Below are positions 55,701-63,435 of a stretch of 63,435 bases of DNA, piece by piece. Each line of letters opens with the position of its first letter. Positions within the stretch are counted from its first letter, which is position 1. The position numbers and the translations under genes are program-made. The stretch covers positions 1 to 63,435 of the forward strand of contig NIVC01004037.1 of the NCBI GenBank assembly GCA_002269645.1, written 5' to 3'. Origin of the DNA: Macrostomum lignano (lineage: Eukaryota). A model generated the notes under the pieces. That model worked only from the letters and a program-made list of their open reading frames with translations, did no database searches and was not told where the DNA came from.

Positions 55701-56215
55701 CTCCCTGTCTCTCTCCCTGTCTCCCTGTCTCTCTCTCCCTGTCTCTCTCCCTGTCTCTCTCCCTGTCTCCCTGTCTCCCTGTCTCTCTCCCTGTCTCCCT
55801 GTCTCTCTCCCAGTTTCCCAGTCTCTCTCTCTCCCTGTCTCTCTCCCTGTCTCCCTGTCTCTCTCCCAGTTTCCCAGTCTCTCTCTCCCTGTCTCTCTCC
55901 CTGTCTCCCTGTCTCTCTCCCAGTCTCCCTGTCTCTCTCCCAGTCTCCCAGTCTCTCTCTCCCAGTTTCCCAGTCTCTCTCTCTCCCTGTCTCTCTCCTT
56001 GTCTCCCTGTCTCTCTCCCAGTTTCCCAGTCTCTCTCTCCCTGTCTCTCTCCCTGTCTCCCTGTCTCTCTTCCAGTCTCCCTGTCTCTCTCCCAGTCTCC
56101 CAGTCTCTCTCTCCCAGTCTCCCAGTCTCTCTCTCCCTGTCTCTCTCCCTGTCTCTCTCCCTGTCTCCCTGTCTCTCTCCCTGTCTCTCTGTCTCTCTCT
56201 CCCTGTCTCCCTGTC
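52768..56215. repeat. ~3.4 kb pyrimidine-rich tract of (CCCTGT(CT)n) units
   Basis: Directly visible; contains an internal 1166-bp duplication. Confidence 0.97.
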
Positions 56216-57086
56216 TATATCCCTCTCTTTGTCTAGCTTTGCCATTCTCTCTCCGCCTCCCTCTCTGGCCATCACTCCTCCCCAACTTAGTTCACTGCTT
56301 CATCTGTCAAAACGCAGTTTTCTGACCGCTTGGTATTCTCAACGGCCGCCTTCTGCTCCTTGAGATCCCTCTGCCATGCGTTTGAACTTTGGAGTGAAAT
56401 AAGAGCCTCTTCATCAATCGCTACCCGCCCTTTCTTAGATATCCACCACACCTTGTTCTTTATCAAGTTCCCTTTCCTCTCTCTGTGCGATTTTTCCGCC
56501 AACATTTTCCGCTCCTTGAGATGAAGTCAGCCAGGCTTTCAGTTGAACAAGCATTGAAATTTTTTAAGCGAAGACGCCCCCTGTTCTCAAGCCCGGCACT
56601 CAGTTCCGCTCTCTGCCTCATCCATCATCTCCATCAATATGAGCTCCCAATCACCTCTCCCAGGCCGGGGCCAAACAGCAACCTGCCGTAGAAACTGCTG
56701 GATTTTTTCTTTCCAGTCCCAGAATAACACGGGACGCCCGGCTTTGGCTTATGGACACAGGTGGCCAGTTCACAGGTCCTGGGAATGGCAGAGTGCTTGC
56801 GGGTAGCCCTGAGCTGCTCCGCTGGGTGTTTTAGGAAGTTCTCAGCCTCAGATGAGCAGCCATATGCAATTTTTCAATGCATTTCCTATTGCTGCTCAAA
56901 ATTCAATTATACAGTGGCTGGCAGAGCCGTGGCAAAAAATGTGCTCACCACTTCATCAACTGCGAAAGTGCCAAATTGATTACAGTAGGAAGCTTTCGAA
57001 GTGCAGGCATGGCTGCAATAAATTTTTTTAAATTCATTCATAAAACAATACTGAAATATTGAAACGCCTTGCTGTACGGGAGAGGC

Positions 57087-57473
<387 letters not shown>

Positions 57474-57509
57474 CTTAAACAGAGCTGCAGTCCAGTCCCA
57501 ACCAATCAC

Positions 57510-58865
57510 ATGCTCGATTTGCCAGACCGGGTCGCCATGTCCACCACGGCCTCCGCCCCGGTGTCGCTGATGACGCGCTACCCGCACCTGATGCAGCTGT
57601 ACGGCAGGTTCATCCCGAACTTCCTCCTATTCGACCGGGTGGTGACCCCGCTGTGGTACATCCTCGGCTTGTTCGGCAACAGCCTCAGCGCGTACGTCTG
57701 GCTGAACCCGGAAGTTCGGCGCAACAACTCCTCGGCGGTGTACCTGGCTGCCCTGTCGATCTGGGATCTAGTGTTCCTGGTGCTGCACACGTTTCAAGAG
57801 CTGCGCGAAGCGTGGAACATCGCCATGGAGAATGTGATCATGTGCATGGTGCTGCCTGTGGTGCTGCTCACCGCCCAGTACCTGTCGCCGATCCTCGTGC
57901 TGGGCTTCACCGTGGAGCGCTGGATCTCGATTTGCTTTCCATTCAAGCGCGAGTCGCTGTGCAGCACCCGCCGCGCCTACACCGTCATCGGCTTCATGAC
58001 CGCCGGCGTGATCGTGTGGAACTTGGCCCAGCTCAACTTCAAGGAGTTCGAGCATGGCGCATGCGTGGTGCGCAGCGAAGGCTGGCTCTGGCTGGTGTAC
58101 ACCCTCACTACCGAGATTGTCATCAGCGGCCTCGTGCCCGTGACCGCTCTGGTCTTCAACCTGCTGGTGATTCACGAGATGTACAAGATCGCAGTGAACC
58201 GGGGCAGCAACCGGCAGAACCAGTGCGAAGGCGGCCCCGGAGGCGGCAGCGGAGAGGACAGCGGCGGCGGCGAGGGCCGGTTCATGTCCAGCACGATCAT
58301 GCTGCTCAGCGTGTCCTTCTTCGTCATCCTGACCTCTCTGCCGGCCGGCCTGGTCTACGGCCTGCAGACCTTCGCCGGCTACGGCAGCCAGAACCTCACG
58401 GACGCTGAGGTGCTGCTGGACCCCGCCTGGAGGCGCCACTTCGCCATGGCGCGGGTGAAGAAAGTGATTGACGAGATTTCCATCTCGCATTACTCGCTGA
58501 ACTTTCTGATCTACCTGGCCACAGGGGCGCAGTACAGGCGGCAGGTGGCGCTGCTGTTCGCCAGGACCCGGGGTTCCGTCGTCGGCGGCTGCAGTGGCTG
58601 CGGCAGCGCCGCCGCCTCCTCCGCCGCGGCTGGGGCCGGATCCGCCAGCGGCGACGCGATGCTGAGAAACGACAATGGGAAACGGCGGCGTACTGAGGAT
58701 TTCTACCTGAGCAACAGCCGAACCAACAGGGCCACTCGGCGAGGCGGCGGCAGCAGCGGCAATGACGGAGGCGACACCTGCGCAGCAAATCGAGCGGTTG
58801 GAATGTCGGAGGGCGAGGAAAACGGGAAAGCCGTGGAAAAACCGCTTCTGGCTACTTATATTTGA
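57510..58865 (+). CDS. Class A (rhodopsin-type) GPCR, FMRFamide/neuropeptide-receptor-like, ~451 aa, intronless CDS
   Basis: Seven hydrophobic segments; TM1 GLFGN; TM2 YLAALSIWDL; TM3 FTVERWISICFP (ERW variant of DRY); TM7 HYSLNFLIY (NFxxY, typical of invertebrate FMRFamide-receptor-like GPCRs). First ATG after the GACA tract is 57510; a 5' exon cannot be excluded. Confidence 0.88.
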   Translation: MLDLPDRVAMSTTASAPVSLMTRYPHLMQLYGRFIPNFLLFDRVVTPLWYILGLFGNSLSAYVWLNPEVRRNNSSAVYLAALSIWDLVFLVLHTFQELREAWNIAMENVIMCMVLPVVLLTAQYLSPILVLGFTVERWISICFPFKRESLCSTRRAYTVIGFMTAGVIVWNLAQLNFKEFEHGACVVRSEGWLWLVYTLTTEIVISGLVPVTALVFNLLVIHEMYKIAVNRGSNRQNQCEGGPGGGSGEDSGGGEGRFMSSTIMLLSVSFFVILTSLPAGLVYGLQTFAGYGSQNLTDAEVLLDPAWRRHFAMARVKKVIDEISISHYSLNFLIYLATGAQYRRQVALLFARTRGSVVGGCSGCGSAAASSAAAGAGSASGDAMLRNDNGKRRRTEDFYLSNSRTNRATRRGGGSSGNDGGDTCAANRAVGMSEGEENGKAVEKPLLATYI

Positions 58866-58989
58866 ATTGAACAGAAAAACAGTTCGCAAATATTGAAAAC
58901 TCGATCAATGCGTGGATTTTTGAGTTCATGTATTTTCATTGCTATTTTATTTAATTTTCAATTTGAATAATGCTTCGTAGGTGGGTCAC

Positions 58990-59340
58990 TGCTACCCTTC
59001 AGGTCCTCAGATTTGGATCGATCGGCGCTACCCTTCAGGTCCCTCAGATGTAGACCGCCGCTACCCTTCAGGTCCCTCAGATATGGATCGACGCTACCCT
59101 TCAGGTCCCTCAGATATGGATCGACGCTACCCTTCAGGTCCCTCAGATATGAATCGACGCTACCCTTCAGGTCCCTCAGATATGGATCGACGCTACCCTT
59201 CAGGTCCCTCAGATATGAATCGACGCTACCCTCCAGGTCCTCAGATATGGATCGACGCTACCCTTCAGGTCCCTCAGATATGAATCGACGCTACCCTTCA
59301 GGTCCGTCAGATATGGATCGACGCTACCCTTCTGGTCCGT
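58990..59340. repeat. 33-bp minisatellite (GATCGACGCTACCCTTCAGGTCCCTCAGATATG)
   Basis: About 10 copies, ~125 bp after the GPCR stop. Confidence 0.95.
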
Positions 59341-59904
59341 CAGTGGTTTAACGGAACCGGAACCTGGTAGCATTAATTAATCTGAGGTTTTTAGGACTTT
59401 CAGGTTATTTCTGTTTCTGGCTGCTTAGTACTCGTAGTTTTGAGGCTGCAAATAAAAAGTTCTAAAGGCAAGAAGTGTTTTATTTTTCAAAGCATTAATC
59501 CAATGAAATCTAGAAAATACATGTATTACCCCAGCGCATGATATTTCGCATAAACTGCCCACAGCACACAACTGCATATCGATATGAATACATGGCCATA
59601 TATCCATTCAATTATGTAAATCCAATCCACTTTAACCTAATTATTGTGAAATACTAAAATTCCTCCAAGCATCGTGTAAAGTGCATGCACTCTCCAGTTC
59701 TTAAAGTGCATAGAAAATACGTGTTTCAATGTGTTATACTATTTTAAACTATATGACTGTCCAGTCCTATAAAGTAAATATTGTTGTGCAATCTTCCATG
59801 GAAAAAGTAAATATAATTAAATACATTATAACTGAGTGAATATATATATCAGTTCTGTGAAATCAGAAACTGTCACTTTAGTTAAATTTGGGGCGAGGGT
59901 GTCA

Positions 59905-60420
59905 GGGGACAGGTGACAGAGAACAGGGGACAAGGGAAGGGGACAGGGGACAGGGGACAGGGGACAGGGGACAGGGGACAGGGACAAGGGACAGGGGACA
60001 GGGACAAGGGACAGGGGACAGGGGACAGGGGACAGGGGACAGGGACAAGGGACAGGGGACAGGGGACAGGGGACAGGGGACAGGGGACAGGGACAAGGGA
60101 CAGGGGACAGGGACAAGGGACAGGGGACAGGGACAGGGGACAGGGACAGGGACAGGGACAGAGGACAGGGGACAGGGGACAGGGGACAGGGGACAGGGGA
60201 CAGGGGACAGGAGACAGGGGACAGGAGACAGGGGACAGGGGACAGGGGACAGGGGACAGGGGACAGGGGACAGGGGACAGGGGACAGGGGACAGGGGACA
60301 GGGATAGGGCCAGAGGACAGGGACAGGGATAGGGGACAGGGGACAGGGGACAGGGGACAGGGGACAGGGGACAGGGGACAGGGGACAGGGGACAGGGGAC
60401 AGGGGACAGGGGACAGGGGA
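59905..60420. repeat. (GGGGACA)n 7-bp repeat
   Basis: Directly visible. Confidence 0.97.
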
Positions 60421-61247
60421 ACCGAATGACTCACCAACAAGATGTCCCAAATGTAGCTGCAGAGACGCGCACAGAAGAAGGATAGATACACAGATATTAG
60501 TTTGCAAATGCAAATTTCTCACAGTACGAGACATGCAGCATGTAACAATATGCATTCCACGCAGCCCTGTCACTTTCATCTCAAGCGCACAACGCAATGA
60601 GAGAGAATATAAGAAATCCCACCCACGCACCCCCTCTATCACAAAATTATTCCCGGAAACCCCACAGCTTCAGTGTTGCGGAACGATTGCGCGCTCGATT
60701 TGTCACTTTAGCTTCCTAATTTAGCTTCCTTATCTAATAACAGTATATGGTCTTGATCCATCTAATTACGGCTAATGTGTATGGTGCATGCTTTAATATG
60801 AAATGTTTATCTTTTCTTAGTGTAGCTATCCTTTTAGGGGAAAGATCAACTCGTTAAACAACCTAGAACAAAGAGCCTATAACTATTTCGATTGAATAAT
60901 TGCAAGCAAGCAAATGGGAGATTATGTTCAAAGGAGTTCGAGTTCCATTTGTGTCGCCAGAAAACTGGCTGTTGCGGCACTCTCCAGACTCCAGCATCCT
61001 GTTTGACATCTCTCAGTCTCAGTCAGTGAATCGTTGCCAAGCTGGAGAGTATTTCGAAAAGTGCTAGCATTTGTTTTGATTTAACACTGACTGATTCTAT
61101 GTATCAAGAAAATATATTGAACACCTGACGAACCTCGTAAAGGTAAGGCCAATGGAAAAAGGCCTGTAGATCGAACTATAGATAAGATTCCCGGGAAATT
61201 TCAATCCAAAACGTATAAGTAGTCAACAGTGCTCCCCATTAGCCTAA

Positions 61248-61319
61248 GCGATTGTGGTGTAACGGTTAGCATGGATGCCTTCCAAGCATTCGACCCGGGT
61301 TCGACTCCCGGCAATCGCA
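61248..61319 (+). tRNA. tRNA-Gly(TCC): tRNA-Gly, anticodon TCC
   Basis: 72 nt; acceptor stem GCGATTG/CAATCGC, discriminator A; anticodon arm GATGC-CTTCCAA-GCATT; T arm CCGGG-TTCGACT-CCCGG; no intron. Confidence 0.96.
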
Positions 61320-61321
61320 AC

Positions 61322-61326
61322 TTTTT
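61322..61326 (+). terminator. Pol III T-tract terminator of the tRNA gene
   Basis: TTTTT 3 nt after the discriminator base; a TATA-like TATAAG lies at 61214 (-34). Confidence 0.75.
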
Positions 61327-61906
61327 ACACTTCTATGAAACTCTGAAACTGAACAGAAATTTTTTTAAATTCCTTAAATTATGCAGCATATTGTTATAGA
61401 AATTATATTTAAGCCTTTATACACCAGATTCAACGTAATTCTATTTTGGATATGGAAATTGCATCATATAGTTAGAAGTTATTTACACAACACAACATAT
61501 CGGCAAATTTGTTCTTGTATCAGAGAAAATTTAAATTATTATATTTAATATTACACTATTACAACTGTATATTTCTGGTCATGCTAATTTATAAATTCTC
61601 AATTTGCTCAAATAATTAGATAATTACGTTTACAATGTAATAAGCTGCATAAGTTATAAATTGTGATTGTTTAAAAAAAACTACAATTACAATAATTGAG
61701 ATATGAGGCAGGGACAACTAAAACCCTCGGGACGCGAAACGAGCCAATTCATGGCAAAAAATCTGAGGGGCTCGCTCAAAAGTACCGTTCTATGGCCCCT
61801 TCAAGTCCTCTCTGCTATCAAGCAAATTAAAATTGCTTTAGTTGCGGCCAGCAGTGAAGCTAAGCTGAACTAAATCAAGAGAAGCATTTTTTATTCACTT
61901 GATGAA

Positions 61907-63192
61907 ATGCCAAGAAAGTGCAGCGTATTTCCGTGCTCGTCAAATTACAACTCTGAAGCCGTTCGAACACGGACATTTGCGTTTCCCAGAGATCCACAGG
62001 AGCGAGAGCGATGGAGAAAGGCGCTGCCAAATATTTTCCAGGTAAGAAACCAGATCATTTGCTGTCATTACTGCTGCATAATTCCGCTTCAATTCTGCAT
62101 GCCAGTCTCGTCCAAACAACTTGAAACCCAAAATTTATTATTTTAGAGAGTGACTGACAATATGGGCGTGTGCGTAAAGCATTGGCCAAGCGATGCTCCA
62201 ATGGTCAAGAAAAACTCTACCGAAAGGCCAATTAATCCTTCTGTTTTTAATGGAGTTCCTAGCTCGTGTTTTGTTCAGAACCAAGGTACGTAACTTAAAG
62301 ATTGCTCAACACTTAGCGTCTATATCGATTTTGCCGCTCACAATTATCTTACTTTTATTTTTACTCTTATTTTAGACCAGGACCGACAGGCCGAAAAGCG
62401 CGGTGTTCTTTCTGACGCGAGGTGCGGCGACATCGATGAGATGGACGCTTTTCAGCTGCTTGATTTTTTGCCGGCATGGGAAAGTTTTCGAGCTGAGGTG
62501 AAAAATTCGGATGTCGTATCTCGACATGCACTGAACACAGCTATTCTGAACGAAGACGTTTACTTGTTTACGTTAGATAAAGATGGAGACCTGTCTGTTC
62601 GAATTTTTGTCTCACCCAACTTTCTGATTCGTGCATTCAAACTGCATACACCGACTTCGGTTCGAGACTTGTTGGGATTTCAACCGACACTCAAGCGCTG
62701 GATGCTGTTGTCGTGCGGTGCAAAAATTCCGACGCCAATCCCCAACGTGAAGTCGAAGCGTTTGTTAGTAGAATCAGTGATGATATAGATTCTGACTCTG
62801 ATTTGGATCCGTCGCTTCAGTTTTTGATTCGACAACTTAGCCTTACATTAGTAAATCGGAACAATCGCCGCTATGACATTTCACTAGTGCGACAGTCAGC
62901 ATTGCTCTACTTGATCAGTAGTTCGGCTTAATCTTACCTACGGAAGCTATTGCCATTGCCTCATCCCCGAACGCTGCAGCTGCAACTAGCAGGTACAGGA
63001 GAAGTTGGCACAGAAACCGACGCAGCCGATGTGATCCAGTCAGTTTTTGCCAGTCTATCAGGAGCTCAGCGAAACTGCGTAATTATGTTTGACGAAATGT
63101 ACATACAACCGTCCGTTCGATATCGATGCCGTCACCTTCTGGGTCGAGCCGTCGACGATCCGGACCAGGTTCCTTTATGTACGAGCTACTGA
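61907..63192 (+). pseudogene. Decayed THAP-domain P-element/THAP9-type transposase gene (exons 61907-62041, 62147-62285, 62376-~63170), probably continuing past the window
   Basis: Spliced THAP: MPRKCSVFPC...FAFPRDPQERERWRKAL...VCVKHW...NPSVF (C2CH). Downstream LYLISSSA*SYLRKLLPLPHPRTL and CVIMFDEMYIQ match P-element transposase motifs. Frameshift at ~62700 and premature TAA at 62929-62931. Confidence 0.8.
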
Positions 63193-63435
63193 CTGTTTGT
63201 GTCGTCTTGTCCTTGGAGTTCCGTATTTGCTTCTATCTCCTTGCCGTTGGAGTTTTTTTGTTGATATGGCGGTTACTTTATTTTAGATACATTGTAATTA
63301 TATCACTGGTTCCTATTCTTTAAATTAAATACTCGACATTGCCTCGCTTTACTATACCTTTTCCACTCCAAGTCCGTCACAAGCAACTTCAAATCTGCCG
63401 CAGATAGCAGAAAGGCATACATTCAGCTCGCAATT

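Noticed and set aside
57578-58889. Long antisense and alternative-frame ORFs over the GPCR, NBEAL and Helitron exons
   Set aside because: Expected shadow ORFs of GC-rich coding sequence.
58981-59283. 11-aa repeat ORF (RRYPSGPSDMD) as an alternative GPCR C-terminal exon
   Set aside because: It is the translation of a 33-bp minisatellite; the GPCR has its own stop and no supporting splice donor was found.

Overview
Eukaryotic (animal, probably invertebrate) genomic DNA with GC-rich exons and introns and intergenic DNA full of micro- and minisatellites. A free-living flatworm such as Macrostomum is a guess from style only. Main contents: (1) a full-length ~9.46 kb canonical Helitron on the minus strand (939-10397), with both termini and an AT target site, whose 9-exon gene reconstructs to a ~1776-aa STPR-repeat / OTU protease / Zn-knuckle / HUH-Rep / PIF1-helicase protein carrying two apparent lesions; (2) the 3' nine exons of a neurobeachin-like (NBEAL1/2-type, PH-BEACH-WD40) gene on the plus strand (10852-41039), with a 1-bp frameshift in the BEACH exon; (3) inside one NBEAL intron, a ~12.95 kb unclassified element bounded by 16-bp inverted repeats and carrying a ~10 kb higher-order satellite (68/71/238-bp units) built on the same motif as its termini; (4) an intronless FMRFamide-receptor-like GPCR ORF (57510-58865); (5) tRNA-Gly(TCC) at 61248-61319; (6) a decayed, intron-containing THAP/P-element-type transposase gene running off the right end. 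No CRISPR, rRNA or prokaryotic features are supported. Exon boundaries were derived by hand from GT-AG sites and phase matching. The 1-bp deletions may be long-read consensus errors.
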